Origin: Callorhinchus milii
Lineage: Eukaryota
Direction: 5' to 3'
DNA length: 64,000 bases
NCBI RefSeq assembly: GCF_018977255.1
Contig: NW_024704742.1
Coordinates: 125,366,001 to 125,430,000 of the forward strand
The stretch's first letter is position 1; every line of letters begins with the position of its first letter. The position numbers and the translations under genes are program-made. Shown piece by piece: positions 49,975 to 62,774 of this stretch. A model generated the notes under the pieces. The model was not told the origin of the DNA, did not search any database, and saw only the letters and a program-made list of their open reading frames with translations.

Positions 49975-50570
49975 AATCTGAGTTCAAATCCATTCACTCC
50001 ATTCACTTCCTGGCACCTCCCTACCTCTCCGACCTCTTCACCCCCAATCCACCACCCGGCCCTTCCGCTCGACTGGCAGCAGTCTCCTGTTCGTCCCTCG
50101 TACCCTCCGCCCCACAATCGGAGGTTGTGCTTTCAGCCACTACTCCCCAAAATTCTGGATCACTCTCCCTCAATCCCTCTGCCTTGCCCCCTCTCTCCCC
50201 TCTTTCAAGTCCTGCCTGAAGGCTTTCCTGCTTGACCGTGCTTACGGTCACCTCCCCACTCCCCCCGGCTCGGAGTCAGGCTCCACCACTATTATAAAAT
50301 AATCCCTCTAAAATAAAACAATAATAAACTGGTCATTTTCAATCCACGACTGTTTGTGGGACACCGCTGTGCGCAATTGGCTGCCGCGTTTCGCCCACAA
50401 ATATACAGTCAATTCACTTTATAGTCTATTCTGTGAAGCGCTTTGAGATATTGAGAAGACGTAAAAAGCGCTACATCAAATGTAAGGATTAGTATTATTA
50501 TTATTATTAAACATTCTGAGATGCTACCCTGCGTGGAGGGCGCTGTATAAGTACAAGTTGTGTTGTTGTC
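49975..50570 (+). mobile_element. L2 3' fragment (subfamily B) split by a SINE
   Basis: ttcagccactactcccc...; tail ctgagatgctaccctgcgtggagggcgctgtata resumes after 50510. Confidence 0.85.
50295..50510 (+). mobile_element. Headless young SINE nested in an L2 tail
   Basis: ggtcattttcaatccacgactgtttgtgggacaccgctgtgcgcaattgg...(ATT)n. Confidence 0.9.
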
Positions 50571-50814
50571 TTTTTTTCCTTGCATCAGAAATAATCAATT
50601 CAGAACTGAAGTTGACAATATATTTCAAATAATAAAAATTCTTGCATTTGATGTATGTCTTTTCGTATCCGAAGTATATCTCATAACATTTCGCCGTATT
50701 TACTGTAAAGAGTAGTATCTATGCATTTTATAGGCAAACCCCCTGTGTACTTGGAAAGTAAAGTGTTGGAAAGTAAACTCGCCACAGATTTGTAAATATT
50801 GAATACTGTTGTAA

Positions 50815-51030
50815 ATGGGACTTGCAGACCACGCACTGGGATCAGAAACTCTTCCCATTCAGCTCCCGTTAACCCTGCAAGCTAAAGCCGTAATGCTTAG
50901 GGTGGTCCTAGCTGGATAAGCAACAGAAACACTTCCCAAACAGTGGCAAGTCGTGCAGTTTTAGCTGGCTAGTCTATAGCAATACCCCAGTGCACACTCT
51001 GGGGTCCCCAAGTGTATGATCCCCCAAACT
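50815..51030 (+). repeat. Family X copy
   Basis: cagctcccgttaaccctgcaagctaaagcc...agggtggtcctagctggataag. Confidence 0.78.
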
Positions 51031-52019
51031 GTGAGAGTGTCACAGCATATATCTAAATCTCGTCTGAGAAGTATTCCTGTGGCTCAGCTTGTTCACGTTG
51101 GTTACAGGTGTATTTATAGATCTGAATTATTTAGCGTCTAACACATTTTTAATTCCTGTTTATTACTTGTGAATATTTTGAATGTTTTCTGGTTGTAAGA
51201 GTCTCACAACAAATATCGTAAGATAGTCTCAATGTAGGGTTTCATGGTTGTAAGACACAACTTTCCACAGTTTGGCACCAGCAATCTCACTCAGAGACAC
51301 TGTGAATTTGACTGTTTTGGTAAATGGAAACAATTCACACTCATGCAATGGTTGTGATAGCAGATTGTTGGAGCAAAGTAAAGGGAGCCTTCCTTTATGT
51401 TGCTCCAATTCAGGAGTGTTTGGTGGTAACATGCAGTGATATGAGGCTTGAACCCATAGTCTGATGACTCAGAGGCTAACGAGCTACCAACTGAGCCAGG
51501 CTGACCACTAAAAATGATAACAACGCTCTATTCTCCACCACTGACATCTCTGACCTTGATGATCATATAAATTCATCCCAAAGTGTAAGTTTGTTTAGGA
51601 GACATTTGTGGTCTGTGCATGAATCCGTGATTGAATCCATCCTCTTCCATGGATTAACATGAGAATAAGGTGTTCACCTACAGCTCAGTGATGTTTATCA
51701 CAATGCATTTTTATGACACTGATAGACAGTTTTCATTGCTTTTTGGTGGTTGTGTTATATGACAATTATTCAGGTGTTCTGGTGCTGTCAGTTACTGCAC
51801 TGACAACGTCCTTCTCTTCGAAGTTTACAACATGTTTTATATCCTCCTTCTGGGCGGTTGTGACAACTGGTTTGCATGCAATTTGCCACAATGGTTTTTA
51901 ATCTTGGCTATTCTGTTTGAAGCAGCTACACAATGTAAATATGCCCTTAAATGGACACCCCAGGGATTTCATTAACCAATGTATTTTGTAACCCAAAAAA
52001 CACAACAGATTACATTAAT

Positions 52020-52188
52020 GGGATCTAATTTACGGTATTTCTTATCGGGATTCTTTACTAAAGAATCCAAGTCTCCTACCTAGAAATATATAATGTGGAC
52101 ATAGTTTCCAAAGGTTGATTCAAATTCTAACATGATTAGCTTATTCTTTAATGAGAGATTTTGATAAGAAATATCACACATTTGACCC
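52020..52188. mobile_element. Ancient MITE-like element with palindromic TIRs
   Basis: ggtatttcttatcgggattctttactaaagaatcc / ttattctttaatgagagattttgataagaaatatc. Confidence 0.55.
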
Positions 52189-52804
52189 GATGCCTGTGAC
52201 TGCGAATTAAGAAAAACCTTAAGGTTTTAATGTAATGATACAGCAGGAAAGAGGCGCAATGTCAAGCAGTTTGGAATGGTTTGATGCAGGTTTGGTTCCC
52301 TAAATCTTGAAGTCCTAACCTCAGCCAAACTGCAGTAGTGAGGTGTTGAATGAATGAATTAGTAAAAATACACAGAAAATATTGGGATAATAGAGGAATT
52401 GTAATGCATTACTAGCTGTTATACTTGTTGTAGCTGTTGGAGTTCATCTGATGGACCAAAACTCAAGAAACTCAAGAGGGGGTGGGGTTAAGCAGGATCT
52501 CCTTGGAGCTGAATTGGCTCCAAAATGACATGTTTGGCAACAGAATGTCAGAATTGAGCCCACCCTTTGTAGCAGTCTCGGTAAACCAGTTCTTGAGCCA
52601 GACGGGTCCACAGTATTCCAGGGCACTGCTGATGACAGCACAAGTATGTAACAAAGGTGTAACAAATATTCGGTAACAAATGAAAGTCATAAATATATTC
52701 AAAGTAGTGACAAAATCTTGTTTGACTGCAAACTATAGAATACAATTATAATACAATTTACATTTTGAATTTGAAAGGTGCAATATGGTAATAATAAATG
52801 CAAG

Positions 52805-53100
52805 GATTATTATTTTTATATTGCACCTTTCACGTCGGGAGGACGTAACGTATTGACTGAGTATTTGTAAGTGAACCCAGCAGCCAATTTATGCACAGTA
52901 ATGTCATGCAAACAACCATCAAGTGAATAATCAATTTTATCTGGGGAGCCAGGACAGTGAGAAAAACTCCTTTTTCTTTGTACATATTGACATAAAGTCT
53001 TTAACGTCCACCTTATCTTTATAAGGCGCCATCAGTTTAACATTTCATCTGAAGGACTGCACCTTTCTCAAGCGCTGCACTGGAGTATCAGCCTAGACTG
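52805..53100 (-). mobile_element. Old DeuSINE
   Basis: gcagccaattt...ctttaacgtccacc...cagtttaacatttcatctgaagg. Confidence 0.75.
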
Positions 53101-54969
53101 GAAGATGAATCTGTTAAGAAACATTGGAAAATTCATCCCGTAATGAATTGCCCCACTACCTGACCTGATATTTTCTTCCATGGAAACTCATTAACATAGT
53201 AACACTATCGGTCCATCCAAATTCACACTGAATTGCTTCGAAATTTCTATCACCCAAATTTAAGAACCCTGAACACTTTGAATTGATTTTATCTCATATC
53301 CTTTTGTAATATCTTTTCATCACATGTGCTAGTTGTCTCCAAATGTTTATGGACACTGCTGTGCACAATTGGGTGCTGCATTTCGCCCCAAAAATATACA
53401 GTAGATTCACTTTACAGTGTGTTCTGTGAAGTGCTTTGAGACGTCTAAATGACTTGATAAGGCAATATATCAAATGCAAGGATTATTTTTATTATTATCA
53501 TCTTTTTGCTGCATTTCCTAATCCTCTTTTTTTGAAAATTTATCCTGTTCTTGTATTCAGTTCATGGCAGAAAATTGTATCTGAATCCAAATTTTCCAAA
53601 CTCCTTGCGATCTTACACACCATACCTTCATTTGTCTTCTCCATTCAAGATAGAAGCGATGTGAGAAAATGGTACCGATATTAACCTCAGAGCGCCAGTT
53701 ACAATACAATTTACGTATGTCGGATTCAAACAAAGCTTTATTGAGAAAAATTGTTCAACATCTTTTAATATCGAGATAGAAAATATTGCTTTCAGTATAT
53801 AATGAGTTAAACTGACTTCATCAGTTTAAAATAGCTGCATTCGAACATGTCAGTATACTTTATAGCTGTGAAAATTAATTAATGTTGTTAGTAAGAGGCG
53901 GATACTTTTATTATGCCAACTGCAGACATGGCATTTCATCTTTTCAAGACTGATTATATTTGAAGCTTTTAGCACATCATGTTTCTGAACACAAAATAGC
54001 ATTAAAAAATTAGCAAGTATATTCAGAACTGCAATAAATAAAACCGTTTCTTCCTATTTGAATCAATATTTTTGTTGCACAGGGCGTTTATTGTTTTTCT
54101 AAAGTATTAAAAAGAAAGAACTTGCATTTTTAAAGGGCCCACAGTAAAACAGCAGAAGCTGATGACTTTGACTCCATATCACTCTAACCCTAGGCTCAAT
54201 GTGAGTAAAGTTAATTTCTGTGACACTCACACACTGGAATGAGCCAAGCTCCATTAACCAACCCCTGAACTCCAGTTAATTGTTAACGTCTTACATTGAC
54301 CATGAAAATTAGCAATCTTTTTACCACTCTTTTATAGTGAGATGTCCACTTATGAAACAATTGTTCTTACTAGCGATAGTCATAAATAATCCTTGCATTT
54401 GATATAGCGCCTTATCAGGTTTTTGAGACGTCTCAACACGCTTTACAGAACAAATTGTAAAGTGAATCGACTGTGTATTTTGTGGATGAAACATAGCGAT
54501 CAACATAAGAGATATTCCAGTGTTAAAACCCCGGTTCTCATTGTTGACAATGATCTTACACATCTTAGGGGTGGTTACCTAAGGAAGTATTTAAGCGATT
54601 GTCCAGGAAGTATTTCAGCGTAAAAGTTCTCTTGGCCCAACTACAATTCTACAGCAGGTGTGAAGCAAATTCTACACAGAGCGTGGGTGTCACCAAACTA
54701 CAGGTTTTGTGCTGGTTTGACATGAAAATTGTATAAAATTGACCAAAGTGTATCACATAACTGGTCCATTAGGGAGCAAATTCTGCCACTCACACAAAAT
54801 GCATGAAGACCAGTGAGTCTGATCACATGAGTGCTTCATAATCGTGGCCAATTTTTAAATAGAAATTAATCATTCTTATGATTTTTAAATAACAATAATA
54901 TGGGTGCATTTGATAAAGCACTTTTCAAGTCAGGAGGACGCTTTAAAGCATTCACAAGATTTAGTAATA

Positions 54970-55385
54970 TATAATAATAATCCTTGCATTTAGTATAGCA
55001 ATGCATTTCACAGTAGGAGGATATCTCAAGGCGTTTTGCAGGATTTACTGTAACGTACAGTTACTATGGTATTTTGTAGTCAAACACATCAACACATGAT
55101 GTCCCACGAAGAGTCATCAAGTGAACTAAGTTAATTTTATATAGATATATAATATTATATAGTCAGTGAAGCTCCCTTTTCTTTTTGAATAATGCCACCA
55201 GATCCACTTGAACGGCAGACACGACTTGTTTGACGTCTCATCCGAAGGACAGGACCTCGAACAATGCAGCTCACTCCCAGCACTGCATTGGAATATCAGC
55301 CAAGAATATGTTAGTTTAAAGTCCAAATGTGCGGTTGTAGCAAATCCTCTGATTCACAGGCGAGACTATTACCAACTGAGCCAGA
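54970..55385 (-). mobile_element. Old DeuSINE
   Basis: gacgtctcatccgaaggac...accaactgagcc. Confidence 0.75.
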
Positions 55386-58019
55386 ACAACACACAAACTG
55401 TGGCCGCTAAGACATCTGATGCAAAGTAATTTATTCTGTTTTTTGTTGAGAAAAATGGAATTGTATTCAAAGTTTCCAATTTCCCTTCAAAACATTTTAT
55501 GATTATTATTGTTCTGTTTTTATTCTTCACAGGAAAGATAATGAAAACGTTACTGGAATTTTTCTTTCAATACTGTAATCAACTCTGCCTACAGTAGTTT
55601 TTCTGAATATTAAGTACTTTTATTTCAAAATGTTTGTCAAAATCCGTGCTGTGCTATGTTGCACTTTAGAAATTTTAAAGCAAATTTAAAACGAAAGGCT
55701 CCCTGTTATCTTTTAAAAGCACAGTTGCCTTGGAAACGTGTGTTCTGCCTGACCCAGGTCCGAAACAACCTAAAATCCGTTTGCTTCTAATCATTTGATT
55801 TTACTGTCATTTTTTTTTGGTCACTGAATTGAACAAAGGCTCACTGGGACATAAAAGAAAGTGATACAAAAGTAAAAAGGCATTGATGTGAACTGGATAG
55901 GCTTATGGATGTAATCGAATAAAGACTTGTGTGGCGCATGATCACAAAGGAAGGCGAGTGTTAGCGTCCGATGATTCAGGAAGGGCTGCCTGTCAATAAA
56001 GGCCCCTTAAACTGGTTAAATACATGGTGAGTGTCTGCAGAATCCTTGCCACTAACAGGTGGCTGAGGAAGCTCAGCTGGTGCCTCACGGAACCCGGCAT
56101 TGACCTTCGTTAGGATAATTTCAGTTCCTTTTTTTTATTTTAGTTACTGTACTTGCCACAGTGGAAACAATTTGTGGATGAATAATTTCTTTAGTCCCTC
56201 GAGGGGCCGGTGGCTCACTCAACTGAATTAACATAAAGGAACAGCAACAACAGCAATCTGAAAAGCCTAGCTGGTGGGAGGATTAAGTATATCATTGAAA
56301 GGAATTATGTTGTAAATGGCTGGGAGTGGTAGAGCTTCTGTTCCTTGGTCCCATCTGGTACTAAAAGAATACCTTGTCATAATTACCCCCAGATGGCTTT
56401 GTGGTGCACAGGGTCTGGTCAGCCAGGTGCCACTGCCCTGCTGTGTGTGAGATTCATTGCAACATGCAGTGACAAAAAAAATGTACTTCATGCCACCTGA
56501 TTTTTTTTTCCAGTCTTTTTTTTTAAAAAACAAATATGAACTGAAGTCTACCTATTGAGAGAGCATTTTGTTTGTCCTGTAACGTGTTAGCTCTTCCCAG
56601 ATGCAAGGATCTCATGGTTTGAGCAAGAGTGTGGCCGTTTTGTGCATCTTTGTGAAATTCACGCTCTGTAAAAGCGTCATTAGGATTGTTATTGAAAGGG
56701 AGCAGGACAATATTTACAGTAAAACTCACCAAGCATGAGAAAGAACATTTTTTATTGATGGAGAGTGCTGTTTTGTCAATAATATTGGAGGGTAACATTG
56801 TTATATTGAATTGTTGCATTCAGATATTAAGCAGTGTCAGAGTTTTAACCCTTTCATGATGTGACTCAGTCTTTTTCCTGAAGCAACACATATTTGAGAA
56901 GGTAACAGGAAATTAGAGAGAACATTGGCCTTGTAATAAAACTCCTGACTTTTTCATGTGACAGACCATGTAACAAATAAATCTCCAAAAGGGAAACACT
57001 ATTTTGCCATTAAATAGCTCCAGAGCTTATCTCTTCAGTGAAGATGAAGACTTGACATGGGTGTTATGTTATGTTCAATGTGATCTGTGAATTAACTGAA
57101 ACAGACCAGCCTCTGTTGAGCCCTACAAAAGTAACAGTCCCTCTACCAAATCACCAGATAGGCCAAGAATTGGGTTATGTAAGCAATCTTTCAAACACAG
57201 CACGTTCCTGTGTCAATTTCCTTATCCGCCTTCACAGGCTAAACGGTGATATTTAACTTAATGGGCGAGATCAAGAGTGTTTGTTAAAAAAAATTACATT
57301 TAGAGCTTTGGACTTCAAAGGAATTTCAGGACACGATGGGTTAATGTGTGCTGATCCAAGTTTATTTCCAGAGACACATCCGTGTTGTGTCATCTGGAAG
57401 AGCGTGTTGGGGAGGGATGTTTGTATCTCCCCAGTTGATAAATGAGCCTGTGACAAAATGAAGTAGTGACCCGCTTGGAGATGTCTAACATATGCTGGCA
57501 CAGATGCTACCAGACATCCCCTGGTGGGCTTGGAAGTGATTATTGAATATTAGGGAAATTCATATTAGCTGGAGGTAAGTGGCACACATTAAACCAAAAG
57601 GAAATGTGCATTTCTACAGCAATCAGTAAGTGCAGATTGGCAAACTCTTAATCCACTTAAAGTGACACGAGACATTTTTTTTAGAAGCTTTTATTATTTT
57701 TTCTTTACCAAATAAGAATCATCTAATGTTGAGTGCTGTTAGAGAAACCTTAATCTTGTGCTGTGGCTTCTCATCTTTATTCTTCAGCTCACATCAGAAG
57801 AATAAATGAAGCTTACAGCTGTTTGTAGTGCAGTGTTCTGCATGGTGCCATTATTAAGTAATTTTGTAACTAAAGACTGTGGGAGAGATCTTAGCTGGTA
57901 CAGTATAGTACACAATCAGTTCAAGCGACTTTAAAATTTCCATGTATAAATAAAAACATACACTGCACTTTTGTAAAGAATGTGCTGTTTCAGCCCTTAC
58001 CAAGACTATTAACCAGACT

Positions 58020-58330
58020 ATTATCCGTCCTTTGGATGAGACGTTAACCCGAAGTCTGCCTGCCTGATCAGGTGGATATTAAAGATCCCATGGCAACTAT
58101 TCAAAAAGAGATGGGAGTTTCTCCTAGTGTCTCTGCCAACAATCAATCAAAACCAAATAAAATTGGCCATTCACTTCATGGCTGTTCGAGGGACATTGCT
58201 CTGTGCTAATTAACTGCCATGTTCGCCTGCAAGGTACATTGTCACTGCACTTCACTTCACAGTAAACGCTGTGAAGCGCTTTGAGACATTCTCTCGATGT
58301 GAAAGACAATATATAGAATGCAAGGATTTT
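58020..58330 (+). mobile_element. Old DeuSINE, headless
   Basis: ggatgagacgttaacccg...caggtggatattaaagatcccatggc...gtgaagcgctttgagac. Confidence 0.85.
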
Positions 58331-58378
58331 TCTTTTTAAATGTTATTACTCAGCATGAATCACACCACACAAAGCATT

Positions 58379-58589
58379 GGGCTCTCAAAAGCAATATTTC
58401 TTAATAGGATTTCTCAACAAGTCATGCAAATGAGGATTCCATCTGGTAACTGGACACATGTCAAAGTGACAGGCTCAAACCTCACTCCAAACTCATCAAT
58501 TTTCAGACCAACATTTCAACAGGTCGATCAGAATTCTATCCAGATTCCTCATTAAGGAATCCTGTTGAGAAATATCACAATACAAAACC
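58379..58589. mobile_element. Ancient MITE-like element with palindromic TIRs
   Basis: atatttcttaataggatttctcaac / gattcctcattaaggaatcctgttgagaaatat. Confidence 0.6.
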
Positions 58590-59221
58590 AGCAATCTTTA
58601 ATCAACAATCCGATAATTTGGAGCCCAGAAATTGCATTTTGTTTATTAAAATGGTTAATATCAGGTTCTTTCATTTTATTTCGCTCATCTACAGAACCAC
58701 ATTGAGCTGTAAGGGCAGTGTGAATGGATCTGCACAGTTGCTGGCCCATAGGCTTTCAATTGAAGATGCTAAGAGCAGGTTAAAGTATGCTTAATAAGCA
58801 TTCAGCGCCTTGGGTCATCCTCCAGATGTGAAAGGCACCATATAAATGCAATTTACAAATGCAATTTATAAATTTATAAATGCAATTGCAATTTGTCTTT
58901 GTTGTTGTTGTAGCTCCATGAGGTGAAATACTTATCGCAAGTTGACTGAGAGCTGACAAAATTCATCATATGAATAGCTGGCAGATTAGAGTATCCGGCA
59001 CACCACTATCTTCCAACCACAGAGATAGGAAACATATATTCCAAGCAAGCAAAACCAGAGGGATGTTACAAATCAATGAATTCTACTCTTAGTATCTTTG
59101 ACACAATGGACCCATAATGTTCTGAAATACATCTCAACCCACAACAGAAAATGTTGCAAACAATTAATTTCAAGAGAATTAATTTCTACCCCTATCTGTG
59201 ACAAATTTGACAAATAAAATC

Positions 59222-59460
59222 CAATACAATATACGTTTAATGTAGCGCCTTCCATGTTGGGAGTGAGTCTCAAGTACTTGACAATGCTGGCTGGGCACCT
59301 GAGCTCAGGGTGGAAACCAGAGGGAGAGGGGAGGGGAAAGGTGACCGATAATGCAGTCAAATAGGTGTGTCTTGAGACGAATCGTGAACGAGGTGAGGGA
59401 GGGCAAGAGTCAGGGGGATTCTGGGATGGAGTTCCAAAGAGCAGGGGCCGAGGAGCATGA
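59222..59460 (-). mobile_element. L2 3' fragment
   Basis: agcgccttccatgttgggag...gggatggagttccaaagagcagggg. Confidence 0.8.
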
Positions 59461-60309
59461 TTAATATATCATATGGACATATTCAAATAATACTAAGATC
59501 TGAATGGTTTTGAAAAGAATAAGCATATAACATACAACATTGCCATAGTATGTCATTACATTTTAATAAATTGTTCTGTGTTAGGTAGCTAATTGGGAAG
59601 GAAAAGCATTAAGGAACATGCAGAAAAGGTGTGAGATTGGGATTTAGTTCAGTAATTATGTCCCTAAAGCTAAACTGTGATTGTCTGCGCCACTTCCCAC
59701 TTGCTGCAAGTTTAAGGGAAGATGTACGCTTCTCTGGGAATATTTGAATGCTGCTGAACTGCCACAAGTAAAAGTCATAAACTGCCATTAGCTCTATCAA
59801 CGTTTGACTCCCGGAATTTCCTTCAGATCCTGGCATTACACAAGCTGGGCTAGATGTCAGTGCACGTTCATACTGTCGATTTTTTTTATATACATTTTAA
59901 TTTAATCTGTCAAATAAATACCATTTCATTTGTATCACTTCTGTGATGCTATCAGCAGTCAATTATCATCTGTAACTTTAGAATCTAGTATTTTCACTGC
60001 AAATTTACATTTATATTATAATTACTGATTATGCACAATTTCATAGTTTCAGTCAAATTTGCAATAATTGCGCATGATTTATACAAAAGGTCACTTCTTG
60101 TCATTCATTTTTACACGGGTGCCAGCTGCCTATCTTAACAAAACATTCTTCAGATGTGATCCCAGATAGTGAATGCTGCCTGTCTATTCAGTCAACGCAG
60201 AGATTGCTATTGGGAGTCAACATACTAGTACTAGTTTATGAATTCATCAAATTATTTTTAGGGCAGCCCCAATGGTGAAGTGGATTTTGTTGCCGCTTAC
60301 AGAAGAGGA

Positions 60310-60500
60310 GCTAGTTGGTTCAAATCAGTTTGCTGGTTTCAGCTGGGGCTAAATTGGGTGGTTAAATAGGCCTTGGCCTTCCCAGGGTTAGTGGGGGGGA
60401 AAAGACAGCTAGGATTCCTGCTCCCTCTACAGAACCCTTTATTGGCTGGATTAGCCAGCCAGGTCAGGAGAGGTTGTGACGCCCTCTAATATTGAATAAT
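60310..60500 (+). mobile_element. Ancient SINE-like element (AmnSINE2-like from memory)
   Basis: ggccttggccttcccagggttagtgggggggaaaagacagctaggattcctgctcc. Confidence 0.4.
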
Positions 60501-60511
60501 AATTTGTCAAG

Positions 60512-60669
60512 AATCTATCAGTCTCAGCCTTGAAAATGTTCAAGGACTGAGCATCTACAGCGTTCTGGGGTAGTGACTACTGCCCAGATCAGCCATGATC
60601 TTATTGAATGGCGGAGCAGGCACGAAGGGCCGAATGGCCTACTCCTGCTCCTAATTCTTATGTTCTTAT
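60512..60669 (+). mobile_element. Short CR1 3' end with inverted 5' portion
   Basis: 60512-60573 matches the minus CR1 at 21659-21720; 60585-60669 is the reverse complement of 21510-21596. Confidence 0.8.
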
Positions 60670-61274
60670 AATAATAATAATAATAAAGCATGCATTTGAT
60701 ATAGCGCCTTATCATGTCGTTGAGACATCTCAAAGCATGAAAATAAAGAAAAAAGGAAAAAAGTCAAAGAATGACCTGTTGACACTCATTGCCAAGTCTC
60801 ACAAAGGAATAGTGACCACTTGTGCAGGATCTTGGAGAACCAGGAAGAGAGAGGCACGTGCCAAAAAAAAGAGAAAAACTAATTTGAAACATTACATTTA
60901 TATACTTTCTTTTAAAAAACTCATTTTGTTTGAATCATTTGAAGCTTAAAAGAGTTAGAATTGGAGCTGAGGCAGTGAGAATGTTTCAATGGTCAAATAA
61001 TGGCATTTCAACAACGGCGATAGTTTAGGTTCTTTCCACCACGTGACACAGTCGTCTGGCACAAAGAGGAGGTGGGTACATGTGGGGAGGGAGGGCAACC
61101 GCATGGCACCGGGACAAAGGGAGAAGCAGGTTTGTTGACGCTGTGGTTTTGCAGTGATTTTTGTAGCAACAGTTGCAGTGTTTTGGGGCAGCTGTGGGCC
61201 ATACTGCAGTCTGCCATAGACATTGCTTTATTTTAAAAGTCATGGCAGTTGTGATTTTTTAATTTTTTTTTACT

Positions 61275-61520
61275 TGGGGACCCCAGAGTGTGTGTTGGGG
61301 TACTGCTGGAGTCTAACCAGCTAAAACCACATAGTTTGCCATTGATATTGCTGTATGGCAAGCTTTCCTGCTGCTTGTCCAGCTAGGACCAGCCTACCTG
61401 TTTTTTGGCTTGCAGGATTAACAGGAGCTGAGCGGGATGACTCCCTGTCCCAAGTGACTGGTCTGGCCTGCCGATGTGCTTTACTGGCTGTGCTATCATC
61501 AGCAGTGCCCTGGAGTGAGG
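61275..61520 (-). repeat. Family X copy (extends further 5')
   Basis: ggggaccccagagtgtg...cttgtccagctaggacc...tgtgctatcatcagcagtgccctgg. Confidence 0.8.
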
Positions 61521-61805
61521 ATCATAAAAATGTGAACAACAAAAGAACTCTATCATGATCTCCCTGACTGGTCTCATTTTCAAACACCACCTCTCACAAT
61601 CCCTTTGCCATCAAAAACCTATGAAATTCCTTTTTAAAACTGCCCAGTGTCCACCTCTGCCTCTTTCCTGGATAAGCTTTTTCACAGGATAACTACCCTT
61701 TGTGTAAGTTGTTAAATGTGATCTATTTGCACTCTCCTTTCTGAGTTTGAGATCGAAAACCTCTGGAACTTAATAAGATATTGAATAAAGTATTGGAGTC
61801 TTTGT

Positions 61806-62132
61806 GGAGTCCTGTAGCTCAGTGGTTAGAGCACTCGCTTTGCAAGTGAGAGACCTGAGTTCAATTCCAGGCAGGGCGAAACTTGGGCAAGTTTCCTTAC
61901 TCCACACAGAGCCTAATAATAATCCCTCCAAAAACCAAAAACGATAATAAATTGGTCATTTTCAATCTACGACTGTTTGTGGGACATTGCTGTGCGCAAT
62001 TGGCTGCCGCGTTCGCCCACAAATATACAGTCAATTCACTTTACAGTGTGTTCTGTGAAGCGCTTTGGGACGTCCTCCCGACATGAAAAGCGCTATATCA
62101 AATCAAGGATTATTATTATTATATTATTATTA
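61806..62132 (+). mobile_element. Young tRNA-Ala SINE, full length
   Basis: ggagtcctgtagctcagtggttagagcactcgctttgcaag...(ATT)n. Confidence 0.93.
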
Positions 62133-62227
62133 ACATTTTTATACCCTTTAGAATACAGAATACAATGATTCAATGAGATCATCTGTCATATCTTCTCCAA
62201 ATATTTGCAACTCTTGCAATCCCTCCC

Positions 62228-62415
62228 ATAATAATCCCTTCAAAAATAATTATTGGTCACTGCATCCACGGATGTTTGCGGGATACTGCTGTGTGCAAAT
62301 GGCTGACGCGTTTCTGCCACAAAATACACAGTCAATATATTCTGTGAAGCTCTTTGAGACATCTAGAAGATGCGAAAAAGCGCTATATCAAATGCAAAGA
62401 TTATTATTATTATTT
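62228..62415 (+). mobile_element. Headless young SINE
   Basis: SINE body and tail without tRNA head. Confidence 0.82.
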
Positions 62416-62774
62416 TTAGCTGAAATATCTAATGCATTAATTTAATCGTTATTCAATGTACTTTGAATGCAGCACTGGTCCCTCCTGACTCAGGAGTGAT
62501 GTGATCCAACGCATCTGTATTGAATTAACGTTCAAGCACTGAAGCCTCAGCCCAAGGATTCCAGCTGGGACTGGGATTCCCCCGTATAAACATGTAACAC
62601 AGAGGGGCTAGTTTTACCACTTAACGAACAATCCACACAACTTTCATTGGAATTTCGGCTTTGAACAGAGAGGAACAGACTTCATATGACCTTTTTTCAG
62701 CAAGTACCTTAGTTTTGCTTGCTGCAGGATCCATTCATGAGTCATTACAACTAGTAGACTGTTTAAAGGAAAAC

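Noticed and set aside
51766..51897. Protein-like minus frame VVTTAQKEDIKHVVNFEEKDVVSAVTDSTRTPE*
   Set aside because: Short, the acceptor lacks a polypyrimidine tract, and it has no link to other exons.
52500..52645. Possible HDV-like ribozyme at the 5' part of family X
   Set aside because: I could not build the P1/P1.1/P2/P3 nested pseudoknot by eye.
53606..53665. Minus-strand donor AAG|gtatgg preceded by ATG GAG AAG ACA AAT GAA
   Set aside because: Weak acceptor, several alternative frames and no independent support.
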